DNA of 64,000 nt. Origin: Candidatus Eiseniibacteriota bacterium. GTDB lineage: Bacteria; Eisenbacteria; RBG-16-71-46; CAVPCR01. Where the stretch lies: NCBI GenBank assembly GCA_963702435.1, contig CAVPCR010000003.1:64001-128000 (forward strand), read 5' to 3'. The notes beneath the pieces were generated by a model. It was not told where the DNA came from. It saw only the letters and a list, made by a program, of their open reading frames with translations, and searched no databases. The translations under genes were made by a program, and so were the position numbers. Within the stretch, counting starts at the first letter, position 1; the number at the start of each line of letters is the position of its first letter. Shown here piece by piece: positions 19,620-29,316 of the stretch.

Positions 19620-22125
19620 ATGCCGGCCGCACGCGCCCTGCTCGTTCTCGCGATCGTGCCCGCCCTCAGCTTCCTGCATGTGCCTCAAACAAACGCTCAG
19701 TGGTCGGACGTTACTCCTGGTCCGTCATGAGCCAAACCGGAACCGCGTAACGGGGTTTCGTGGGGCGACTTCGACAACGATGGGGACCAGGACCTCTACA
19801 TGACCAACCACGGCCAGGCGAACAACCTGTTCCGGAATGACGGAGCCAACGAATTCGTCGATGTCGCGGTCGGTTCGGTCCTCGCCGACACTGGCCATGG
19901 TCGAGCAGCGCCTTGGGCCGATTACGACAACGACGAGGATCTCGACATCTTCCTCGCGAACGAAGGAGATCCGAACAAGCTGTTCCGGAACGACGGCGCC
20001 GCATGGCTTCAGCGACGCCACGACTGGCGCCACTCGGTCTCGACCGTCAAGACGTTGGAGTCTGCTGGGGAGACTACGATCTGGATGGCGATGTGGATCT
20101 CTACGTGACGAGGCTTCGTCACACGGCAGGTCACGTCGACTATTCCACAACGATGGAGGTGGATCGTTCTCTGATGTCACGAATGGACCTCTGGAGCGTA
20201 CCAAGGATTGCAGCGAAGGGGCCTCATGGGGAGATTATGACAACGACGGCGACCTCGACATCTACGTCTCTTCCTGCGTCGGCAACCTGCTCCTCCGAAA
20301 CGACATGACCGGGCGGCTTCGTCGACGTAACCACGGGGCCTCTTGGCACACACGGCCGAAGGCGTCGCTTGGGCTGACTATGACAACGACGGCGACCTCG
20401 ATCTGTACGTCTCCAGGGAGTTCTCCAACGGCAGGCTTTTTCGCAACGATGGCAACGGAGTGTTCTCTGACGTTACAAGCGGACCCCTGGGCGGCCCCGC
20501 TAGCTATGCGGTCGCTTGGGGTGACTACGACAACGACGCCGACCTGGACCTCTACGTGACGCCATCGCGGCTGATGCGAAATGACGGCAACGGCGTCTTC
20601 GTGGATGTGACGGAGGGACCTCTCGTCGGCGCCGGCGGAGGCGTCGGCGCTGCCTGGGCAGACTACGATGGCGATGGCGATCTGGACCTGTTCATGGCCA
20701 GCAACGTCAGCCTCAATCATCTCTTCCGAAACGACCTCGACAACCAGAATCACTGGCTGCAGGTTCGGCTACTGGGCACAGTGTCTAACCGAGCGTGCAT
20801 CGGCGCGCGAGTGCGCGCGGTCACCGGCACGACGAGTCAAATCCGCGAGATTTCCGGAGGGTCTGGGTTCACCTCACAGAGATGCTCTGACAGTTCACTT
20901 CGGATTGGCGGCGGCGACGACAGTTGGCACTCTGGAGATCAGGTGGCCGTCGGGGATCGTGCGGACGATGACCGGGGTCGAGGTGGACCAGCAGCTGGTA
21001 GTCGTCGAGTCTATGGCGGCAGAAGGCAACATCGTCGGCTGGGGAGCGAACGACGCCGGCCAACTCAACATCCCCGAGCCCAACGAGAACTTCGTCGCCG
21101 TCGCGCCGTGGGCCTACGAGAGCTCGGCCGGGCCCGACGACTATTCCTTCGCCCTCGGGCTCAAGTCAGACGGCACGGTGGTCGGCTGGGGAGCCGATGC
21201 CCCTCCCTGGATTCCACCCTATGACGACATCGTCGCGCTCACGCCTTGGATTCTCCTGCGCCGGAACGGCTCGCTCATCACCAGCAACCCGCCGCCGGGT
21301 CCCAACGCCGGGTTCATCGCGATCGGGGATGGCGGTGAGCACTGGCTGGCGATTCGCGAGGGCGGCGCGGTCGTCGCATGGGGGGCCAACTTCTCCGGCC
21401 AGTGCAACGTGCCTGAGCCGAACACTGGATATCGAGCGGTCACGGGAGCCTGTACCGACCACTTCACCGGAGCGGGCTACACACTGGCGATCCATGCGAC
21501 CGGTTCGATCGTCGGCTGGGGAGCGAACGTGAACGGCGTGCTCGACGTGCCGGAGCCCAACACCGGGTTCGACGCAGTCGCGGCGGCCAGGACGCACGCG
21601 CTCGGACTCAAGCAGGATGGCTCGATCGTCCGCTGGGGCTCGCCAGCGACATGCCCGCCGCCGCCGGCCGGTCGTTTCACTGCGATTGCCGCTACAACCA
21701 ACCTGTCCGGTCAGGCATGGAGTGCCGCGCTACGAGAAGATGGCACCATCTTCGAGCAACTGGACACCAGTGCGTGGTCCGCGATCCCGGAGAGCAACTG
21801 GACCGCCATCGCGCTGTCGGCGCGGAACCGGTACGCGATCCGGGGGCGCCCGCTGGTGGCGATTGCCCTCTCACCCCTGCCGGCCGCTCCCGTCGTTTCA
21901 GCAGTTCCAAACCCGTTCTCTTTCCGAACCGTCATCACCGCCCCGGCCGCCGCGCGCGACCTTGTCGTTTACGATTCGACCGGGCGGATGGTGCGAACGT
22001 TGGGGCAAACTATGGAGTGGGACGGGCTCGACGCGCACGGCCAGAGCGCGCCGGCCGGGGTGTACTTCCTGCGGCTCGACTCGCCGCAGGGGCCACGCTC
22101 GCTCCGCGTGGTTCGTCTCCATTAA
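19620..22125 (+). pseudogene. Secreted FG-GAP/ASPIC-UnbV (CRTAC1-like) protein with RCC1-like repeats and FlgD-Ig C-terminal domain, frameshifted
   Basis: RBS and signal peptide at 19620, many W(G/A)DYDNDGDLDLY repeats, NHWLQVRL..IGARV..QIREISGGSGF, VGWGAN..GQ repeats, PNPF..WDG..AGVYF tail. Confidence 0.85.
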
Positions 22126-22137
22126 GAGCGCGCAGGT

Positions 22138-22425
22138 CTAGCTCCGTCCGCGGCTGGGCCTCGGCGGACCACTCGGCCCGATGGCCTCCGCCATCGCCGC
22201 CGGGTCGGCGAGGAGGCGGGTGAGCGCACGGCAAACAAGGTCCGACATGGAAACGCCGAGCTGCGCGGCGGCCACCTTCGTTTTCCGGTGGAGAACCGGT
22301 GGAACGTACACGGCCAGGCGGACTGGCCGCTCCGCGGCGACCGGTGCACGGTCGGCCTTGCCACCGTCGGCGGCCGGGACCCGCAGCGCCCCGCGGTTCG
22401 CCTTCTCTCGCTTCGTCGCTGCCAT
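22138..22425 (-). CDS. Ribbon-helix-helix protein (ParG/CopG-like)
   Basis: VRLAVYVPPVLHRKTKVAAAQLGVSMSDLVCRAL, RBS AAGGAGG, downstream of a ParA-like gene. Confidence 0.75.
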   Translation of the reverse strand: MAATKREKANRGALRVPAADGGKADRAPVAAERPVRLAVYVPPVLHRKTKVAAAQLGVSMSDLVCRALTRLLADPAAMAEAIGPSGPPRPSRGRS

Positions 22426-22455
22426 CGGCTCTCCCTCCTTTGGTGATGTGGCGCC

Positions 22456-22938
22456 TTAGTCCCTTCGAGCCTAGGGGGAGCAAGGCCACGGTCAACGCGC
22501 GTGGAAGTCCTCGGCCGCCGGTGAGGTCTGCGCTACGAGCTGCACCGGTGCGAGGACCGCTCCACCGCGAAGGACGGCCAAAGTGCCGCGCACGATCGCG
22601 CCGGCGGACGGCGGGAGGTCGAGGAGCACAAAGTCGAGGCCGTCCGGGATCGCGCCGAGGACGCGGGAGGCCAAGTCCACCGGGAACCGTTCCGGCCTCC
22701 GATCCCACGCGGCGAGCTGCGCGCGGCCCTCGATCACGTCGGTCAAGGTGCGGGAGGCCGGCTCCGGGAGGAGGTGGAATGAGGCCGCGGCACCGGGTCA
22801 AGGTCGAGGAGAACGCACCGGCCGGCGGCGGCGGAGCGCCAGGCCCGCGGCCAGGTTCACAGCAACGGAGGTCGCACCGCTCCCCCCCTTGAGGTACGTG
22901 AGCGCCAGGAACCGCGGCGCGGAGTCACGCGGTGGCAT
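22456..22938 (-). pseudogene. ParA-family ATPase, frameshifted and short
   Basis: LKGG(S)GATSVAVNLAAGLA and DFVLLDLPPS motifs across frames. Confidence 0.65.
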
Positions 22939-23633
22939 GGCCGGCGAGCCTCCGGTTGCCGAGAATGTAGCGCACAGTCGAGGGCGCAGAGACCGGCGGC
23001 CGCGCTCCGGGCGGAACCCTTCGGTCTCGAGCTGCTCGCCGATGGCCTTGAGGGTGAGCCCCTCGGCCCGGAGTTCCCGCGCCCTGGCGGCCAGGCGGAG
23101 CCCGTCGCTCTGCGGGGTCGGCCTCGAACCCCTTGCCGGCGATCCGCAGCCCGCGAGGCGCCCGGCTGACGGCCTCCCCCCGCCCGGACTTGTAGCGGAG
23201 CACGCTCGAGGTGCGCTCGCCGATGGCCTCGCGCTCCCACTGACTCACGGCTGCGAGGACGTGGAGCGTGAGCCGCCCGGCAGCGGTGCGGGTGTCAATC
23301 GAGTCCTCGACCGAGAGGAGGCGACTTGCCGGCCTTCTCGGCGAAGTAGTCGCCGATCAAGTCCGCCCAATCGCGAACCGATCGGCTGAGAGTCGGTCGA
23401 GCTTGCAGATCACGAGCCCCTCGGCCTGGCCGGTGCGGAGCCCCTCGAGCACGCGGGCGATGCCGGGGCGGTCGAGCGACTTGCCCGAGACGCCGCGGTC
23501 CTCGACTAGCTCCAACCAGCTCGAGCTCGTGGAGCCGGCAGTAAAGCTCCACCTTCTCGCGCTGCGCCTCGATGCTTTGCCCGAAAGTCGCTTGCTCCTC
23601 GGAGCTGACCCTCACGTATCCGTAGACTTTCAT
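22925..23633 (-). pseudogene. Serine recombinase (resolvase family), frameshifted
   Basis: MKVYGYVRVSSEEQ..SIEAQRE, SGKSLDRPG, LSRSVRD, SQWEREAIGERT. Confidence 0.85.
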
Positions 23634-23666
23634 CGGCCGGCCCTCCCCTCTCTGTTGCTTTAGCGT

Positions 23667-23704
23667 CATAGTACTAAAGTACCATGAGCTAATGGCGGTG
23701 TCAA
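23667..23704 (-). promoter_or_regulatory. Promoter TTGACA-N17-TACTTT of the resolvase module, with an imperfect palindrome over the -10
   Basis: -35 at 23699-23704, -10 at 23676-23681, CATAGTACTAAAGTACCATG dyad at 23667-23686. Confidence 0.7.
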
Positions 23705-23999
23705 TACAAAAAGGGTCCGCTTTCTGTACGCGGGGCGCCCAGGGCGGAGGAGAGATCGGCGGCGAGATGTCGGCGAGGCGGCGCCGATGGCGCCGCCCAG
23801 GTCGGCGGAGTCGGCCCGGCGCGGTGGGGGAGCGGCTCGACGGGGGGCCGTTTCCTGCGGCGGGGGGTTCTGAAGCGTACTGGCGCTGGAGGGGGCGCGG
23901 AGCGCCTGGGGGCTTCAGTGGAACTGCGCTTGCGTGCAGCGCGAGGTGCTTCAGGCTGGGCAGGCGTGATCCGCTGGCGAGGGCGGACAGCTCCTTGGC

Positions 24000-24773
24000 C
24001 GATCCAAAAGACTAGCACGGTAGTCGAAGCGGGCTCCCCGAGGCGGGCCGAACGGAGGATGACAATCTCGAGAGGTCGCGGTCTCGTTGAGGTTCGCGTA
24101 GCGCAAGTGGATCTGTGATGTATGGCTCGCTCAGGACGCTCCCTAGCGAGGCAGCGCTTCCTTGAGGTTGTAGCTACTAGCAGACACGCGTGGGCTCCCG
24201 CGAGGTTGGCTCTGCTCAAGGTTCTTGATAGTTCGCAGAAGTAGTCGAGGACAAAGAAGATGATATCGAGCCACCAGCTAAAGATCTAACGCCCACGAGC
24301 GGCTTGCCTATCACGAGTGAAGATCCTCAAGGGCGTGCTTTCTGGATTCGCCCCGCTCCCCGGTTTCCTTTGCGAGTCGCTGAAATTGCCTGCGAGGCTT
24401 GATAATGCTTCGCACTGTGCCGCTTGCAGAAATCCAGTCCGCGAGCCTGGCGATACTTCGAGGAGTCTAGCGTGCCTCGAGAAGATGCGGCCGCGAGCCG
24501 TGAGGAAAGCAATCGAGGAGCCGAGCGAGGGTGCGCATACGTCGATGGACGAGGTTCCGAACTCGCGGAATGTGGCCATTCGCCCACAAATGTGGTGCCG
24601 TTGAGGGAGTCCTCGATCGCGAGCGATAAATGGTTGTGCTGGGCCGGTGCACCCCTGCCAGGTTCCAGTAAGTACGCCGACGTGGGGCTGTGCAGGGAGC
24701 GTATCGTCCACTTCCGCAGCGCGGGGAGGATGATTAAGAGAGTGGCCGCGACCAAGCGCACCTTTGTTGCCAT
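24000..24773 (-). pseudogene. Hypothetical exported protein, probably frameshifted, 3' end uncertain
   Basis: RBS GGAGG and signal-like MATKVRLVAATLLIILPAL. Lower-GC segment with no recognisable domain. Confidence 0.3.
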
Positions 24774-25547
24774 CCTGTCCTCCTGCTGCAGTCAGGGACT
24801 CTCGGCGCGTTCATACCACGGTCGCGTCGTGCTGCGACTCGCCTGACTTACCCGCTGCCTCCCCCCTGGGGGTCGGGGGGCGGATCGTCCCGCTAGCCCC
24901 GTCCTCGAGCTGTGCACGTATCCGAGGTCAGTCACGCCGCCCGGAGCTGACGACTAGGAGCGGCCTCCCTCGCGTTTGGCCGGCGGTGTCGGAGCGTGGC
25001 GACAGTGCGCAGCGGCGGCGTGGAGACCCCACGGGTTGAGCTGGAAAGCGTGCGCCTCTCCGCTCGGCCTTCTCCCGGTCTGGCTCTCGAGCGCGCGCTA
25101 TGCGCCACGACCCGCCCGAGACGCCGCCATTGGCGTCCGGCACGGGGCTAAGCCGCGAGAGTGCGAGACTCTCGACCCTACTCGCGCCAACCTCGGAACG
25201 CTCGTGGAGGTCCAGGTGCACCGTGCTCGATTGACGCCGGCACGCAGCGGTCGCCTGGACTCCACAGAGCGGGCCCGGGTCTGGGCCCCCGGGGAATCCC
25301 CCCACGCCCCCGTCGCGCATACAAGGGGACCCATCCCTCTTCCCGGCCCGCAAGCGGAGAAACGAAACTGCCACGAACGGGAACCCCTTGCTCCCCTACC
25401 CCCCTGGATTGGATCTCTCTCCGATCCACCTCCTCGAGAACCGTGACGGCAGGCCACCGCCTTCAATCTAGGCCTTGACCGTAGCCGCGGTCTGGGGTGG
25501 CATGGGCTTGTCAAGGGCGGGCGATTCCCACGCAGGAGGTGAAGGCC

Positions 25548-26147
25548 GTGCCTATCAGTCGTCGACCGTTGAGCGAGCGCCAAGAGGAGGAACTCCGGGC
25601 CGCTCTTTTACAGCAAGCGACCACGGGCCTCGAGGACAAGAAGATCGCCCGCCGCGTCGGGTGCTCCCTTCGGACCCTGCATCGGCGGAAGCGCGCCTTG
25701 GCCGACGAACTCGCACCCGGGCGGGACCCGGAGGCCGAGCGGATGACGCAGGCCCGCCACCGTCATGCCGGGGGACGGATTGCCCAAGCTCTTCTTCGAG
25801 CCACCGCAGGGAACGGCGGTGACGGAGGACTCCGCGGCATCCTCGACGCCTTCCCGGATCTCGGCGTTCTCACGGACGACGAGAAGGAGCGCCTCCTCAC
25901 AATCCTCGCTCACAAGGCGCCGCCCAACGTGCAAGTGCAAGCCGTGAAGCTCCTCGACGAGCTGCAGAGAGCGCGGAGGCCGCAGGAGCGGATAGGCCCC
26001 CCTCCCCCACTCACGAGCGAGGAGCGGATCGCGCGCCTGAAGCGCCTGACGGAGTGTGTCGAAGACGACGAGTGGCACGTGGTGAAGGCCTGGCGTGACG
26101 AGCAGATCGGTGCTCGCGGGAGCTCGACACCCATCTCCGCGGGATGA
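25548..26147 (+). CDS. HTH protein, possibly terminase-small-subunit-like
   Basis: RBS GGAGGT before GTG, N-terminal HTH (DKKIARRVGCSLRTLHRRK), helical body with VQVQAVKLLDEL. Last gene of the element. Confidence 0.6.
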   Translation: MPISRRPLSERQEEELRAALLQQATTGLEDKKIARRVGCSLRTLHRRKRALADELAPGRDPEAERMTQARHRHAGGRIAQALLRATAGNGGDGGLRGILDAFPDLGVLTDDEKERLLTILAHKAPPNVQVQAVKLLDELQRARRPQERIGPPPPLTSEERIARLKRLTECVEDDEWHVVKAWRDEQIGARGSSTPISAG

Positions 26148-26209
26148 GTGACGCGGGACAGCTGACTGGGGCGGCTCCGCCTGGTCTCGCAGAGCATTCC
26201 GACGTCGGA

Positions 26210-26240
26210 GGAATTTTGAGGATTCTGAGCTTTCTGAGCC
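26210..26240. repeat. Inverted copy of the 9 bp-unit iteron-like repeat
   Basis: ggaattttgag-gattctgag-ctttctgag-cc. Confidence 0.7.
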
Positions 26241-26280
26241 TACGCGGTCCACTCGACCTCGAGTCCGCGCGATCCGCAGA

Positions 26281-26301
26281 TGGATACGGTTTGGATACGG
26301 T
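26281..26301. repeat. Tandem TGGATACGGT pair, putative arm-type sites (right)
   Basis: Exact 10-mers at 26281 and 26292. Confidence 0.8.
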
Positions 26302-26420
26302 CTCAGGAGGGAAACCGGGGCAAAGCAGGGTACACAGAGACCCTGAAGAGAATCACCTAAGCCGTTGCTGCTGACGTAAGTGTCGAGTCTAGCGAGAGCT
26401 CGGTGGATCGGCTTGGACGA

Positions 26421-26461
26421 TTTAGGAAACCGCTGCTCTGTCCGCCTGAGCTACGGGGGCA
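26421..26461 (-). repeat. att core, right copy: orphaned 5' half of tRNA-Arg(CCT)
   Basis: tRNA nt 1-40 plus one upstream base; identity ends just past the anticodon loop. Confidence 0.95.
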
Positions 26462-26482
26462 TGATCTGCGCCAGGCTGGAGG

Positions 26483-26511
26483 AGCTTACTCGCCCGCCCA
26501 GGCATCCGCAA
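26483..26511 (-). promoter_or_regulatory. Probable native tRNA-Arg promoter TTGCGG-N17-TAAGCT
   Basis: The -10 lies about 22 nt upstream of the tRNA 5' fragment, outside the element. Confidence 0.55.
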
Positions 26512-26612
26512 TGCGATCCCCCTGTCAGCTCGTGACCAGGCGGGGCGATCCTGGTAGCCGCGTCCCCCGGGATCGCCGTTCGGATACTGCGGGCGTTCGC
26601 GCGAGACTCGCC

Positions 26613-27944
26613 TCAGCTCCCGGTGAGGGCGCTGGGGTCCACGAACTTCGACTCGTCGGCCATCGCCGGGGCGAACGGATGTTCTCCGTCGCGCGGGTCC
26701 TCCACCGTCCCCGGATCGACTGTGGATGGGAGCGTGTAGATGCGTGCGATGAGGCCGGCCGCCGGGACCCCCGCCAGGTACTCCTGGTAGGTGACCATGG
26801 CATCCGTGGGCAGCTCGGCCCGGGCCCGTCTGGCGGCGTCGATCGCTGCGTCGGAGATCGGCGTGCCGGTCCTGGCCGCCGCGGTGAGCCGCGTGTAGAT
26901 GTCGCGCTGGCGGGCGAGTGCTGCGTCGGCGGTGCCCTGACTCGATCGCGCCACCGAGATGAGGAGCGGGAAGTTCTGGTCGAAGAGGTCGGCGCGGGCG
27001 AAGCTGGAGAAGACGACCCCGAAACCGAGGGGAATCGCGGCGACGCTGAAGAAGCCCTTCATCGGGCCGGCATGGCCGTCGTACGAGACGTAGTAATTGA
27101 CCGCCTCTCCCCCCTCGACGTTGCTCTTCTGGAACGCCTGCGTGGTCTCCGAATCCGGGCTGGCGGCGACGATGGTCAGGTTGGTTCCGTCCACCTCGCG
27201 GACGACACGCCGCAGGAATGTCTCGGTGGTGTCGCTGGCCGTGGTCTGGGGGAGCATGCGGGTGAACACGGACATCGTGCGTTCGGGGTTGTCGAATCCG
27301 GTGACCTGGTTACCACCGCCCACGGCCCAATCAGGGGGCACGGCATACCAGGACATGCTGTCCGGTGACTGGCGGGCGACTATGGCGGGCAGCTTCGACT
27401 CATCGAGAGGCGGGGGCGGCTCGAGCGGGGTGACCCAGGCCGTCTTCACGACGGGGAGCAAGCGTGCAAGATCGGTCTCGAAGCCGGCCGCCGGAGCCAC
27501 GACGCTGGCGAGCACCGCTCGGCCGCGCGTCGTGATGTAGGTATAGCCCTCGACCGGACGGCCGTCGATCGTGAAGCGCGTCCGGTAGCGGCAGGACCGG
27601 CGATCAGGCGGGTGCATGAGATCGCCGACCACGAGGTCCGGCCGCTGCCGCCTGGCCGCGGTCTCGATCTGCACCATCGTGCTCACGGCATCCTTGCCCC
27701 GGAGCTCGGCCGGGATAGGCCACAGGATGACCTGCCGGCCCTGGCCGTCGGTGATGTGGACCTTCCCGTCGGCCTCCTCCTCGATCTCATAGCCCTCCGG
27801 CCTCTGCACCATCATCCCGCTTCGCGTGCGGAGGGGCTCGGCGCCGGGGGCGGCCCCGGGGGCGCTCAGCCCCGGGAGCATCCCGAACAGAACGGCAAGG
27901 ACGGCGGCGGCCCGGACGGGGATGGAATGAGACCTGTGAACCAT
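26613..27944 (-). CDS. Hypothetical exported protein
   Basis: Signal-like AAAVLAVLFGMLPG and a long ORF with normal amino-acid composition. Confidence 0.7.
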   Translation of the reverse strand: MVHRSHSIPVRAAAVLAVLFGMLPGLSAPGAAPGAEPLRTRSGMMVQRPEGYEIEEEADGKVHITDGQGRQVILWPIPAELRGKDAVSTMVQIETAARRQRPDLVVGDLMHPPDRRSCRYRTRFTIDGRPVEGYTYITTRGRAVLASVVAPAAGFETDLARLLPVVKTAWVTPLEPPPPLDESKLPAIVARQSPDSMSWYAVPPDWAVGGGNQVTGFDNPERTMSVFTRMLPQTTASDTTETFLRRVVREVDGTNLTIVAASPDSETTQAFQKSNVEGGEAVNYYVSYDGHAGPMKGFFSVAAIPLGFGVVFSSFARADLFDQNFPLLISVARSSQGTADAALARQRDIYTRLTAAARTGTPISDAAIDAARRARAELPTDAMVTYQEYLAGVPAAGLIARIYTLPSTVDPGTVEDPRDGEHPFAPAMADESKFVDPSALTGS

Positions 27945-28139
27945 TGGCTGAATCGCTCCAGGAAGCGCTCGAGCGCTTGATCGGCGACGGCGACCGCGAG
28001 CGAGGTGATCTCCTCGCATCAAACCGTGCCCTGTGCCGGCTCCCGGGATCGAGAACACCTGACCCGGTGGCCTGCCATAATACACCCGCGGCCCGCCGGG
28101 TGGCGGGCCGCGGGTAGGGTCGGACCGGTGGCGATGTTC

Positions 28140-28766
28140 CTACCGGTAGGTGTTCTTGACACCGCCCCAGGTGGTCTCCTCGACCGGCACCACGCCGCAG
28201 TCGGGAAGACCGGTCCAGCGGAGCACGTAGGGCGACTCGCAGGGCACGCCCGTGAAGACGTCGGGGCCCGCGAAGAAGTAGTAGCTCTGACCGCCGGCAA
28301 CGGCGAGCGGAGCCGAGGGCACGCAGCTCGGCGAAGTAAGCGTCGAGACGACGCCCGTCGGGCAGACCGGCGTGAGGACGAAGAGGCGGAGGGTGAAGCC
28401 GTCAGACGTCCCCTGGTAGGTCCAGGAACCGGCGGGGAAAGTACCCCGGAACCAGTCGGTGTCGCGGTAATTCTGGGCCTGGAAGAGGTACGTCCCGCTC
28501 TTGCCACAGACCGTGTTGCAGGTCAGGGTCGTGAAGACGGCCGGGGTCGAGTTGCAACCACCGTTGAAGTTGTCGACGTACTCCGGGCCGCAGGGCGGCT
28601 CGTTCTCGATCTGCGCCCCGGGGGGGCAGATGAGCGGCGGGTTGCAGACGAGGTAGGTTTCCGGCTGTCCGGGGTCGGCCGAGGTGTTGGAGGTGTCGGC
28701 GGCAAAGGCCGAGGCCGCCCCAACGAGAAGAAGCCCCATGCACAGTGCAGTAGCCAGCTTCATCAT
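28140..28766 (-). CDS. Secreted Cys-containing protein with C-terminal VEETTWGGVKNTYR motif
   Basis: RBS GGAGGA, signal peptide, DNFNGGCN and YRDTDW motifs. Upstream TTTACA-N17-TACTTT at 28989-29017. Confidence 0.8.
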   Translation of the reverse strand: MMKLATALCMGLLLVGAASAFAADTSNTSADPGQPETYLVCNPPLICPPGAQIENEPPCGPEYVDNFNGGCNSTPAVFTTLTCNTVCGKSGTYLFQAQNYRDTDWFRGTFPAGSWTYQGTSDGFTLRLFVLTPVCPTGVVSTLTSPSCVPSAPLAVAGGQSYYFFAGPDVFTGVPCESPYVLRWTGLPDCGVVPVEETTWGGVKNTYR

Positions 28767-29316
28767 GGTCGCGATTCCTCCGGGAGGCGTCATGCACTCC
28801 CTGGTGCGGGCGGGCACGGAGAACTCTCCATGGTGCTCAGGACCTGGCGGAGAGCCCGGGAACAGCAGTGTGCCTCGCCGCGTTTGCTGCAAGAGAGCCG
28901 GTCGGCTCCAAGAAGCCGAGCGCCGGCCCGATCCGAAATGCACCGGCGATCGATGACACAGGACGTCATGGACGCACCGATGTACGGAAAAGTAGCAGAT
29001 CCGGTGTTGGCTGTAAACCGAAAGTTCGTGTCGGCGGGTGGACGAGTGCGGCGGAGGGAGTGCAGGCCGGCGCGCCGGACCTGCCGGCGCCAACTCGTGC
29101 CGGGTCCTCGTCAACGGGTGGAACGCGTTCGGCGCGGCGACGCGATTCGTGACCGTGTCCCCGAACGAAGTGCGGCGCGGAGCTCTGGATTACGAGCCCC
29201 GCGCCGCCCGCGGTGGTTGGCGACTACACAACCATGATACCCGGTCCGGCGGCCCGCGTCATCCGGAACCGTCGCCGGGTCGGACTTCCCTGTGTCTATC
29301 AGCCAATCGCCGTCGG

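Larger units (their letters stand above)
14703..26461. mobile_element. Integrative phage-satellite-like element of about 11.7 kb in tRNA-Arg(CCT)
   Basis: 41 bp direct repeats at 14703-14743 and 26421-26461, with integrase, xis, primase/DUF3987, resolvase, ParA/RHH and an HTH gene inside. Confidence 0.93.

Noticed and set aside
19760..20720. Regular DNA repeats (GACTACGACAACGAC-like) resembling a CRISPR array
   Set aside because: They are coding FG-GAP repeats with codon-level variation. No cas genes or identical direct repeats are present.
26421..26461. Second tRNA-Arg gene or split tRNA
   Set aside because: Only the 5' half is present, with no T-arm or acceptor 3' strand; the att duplication explains it.
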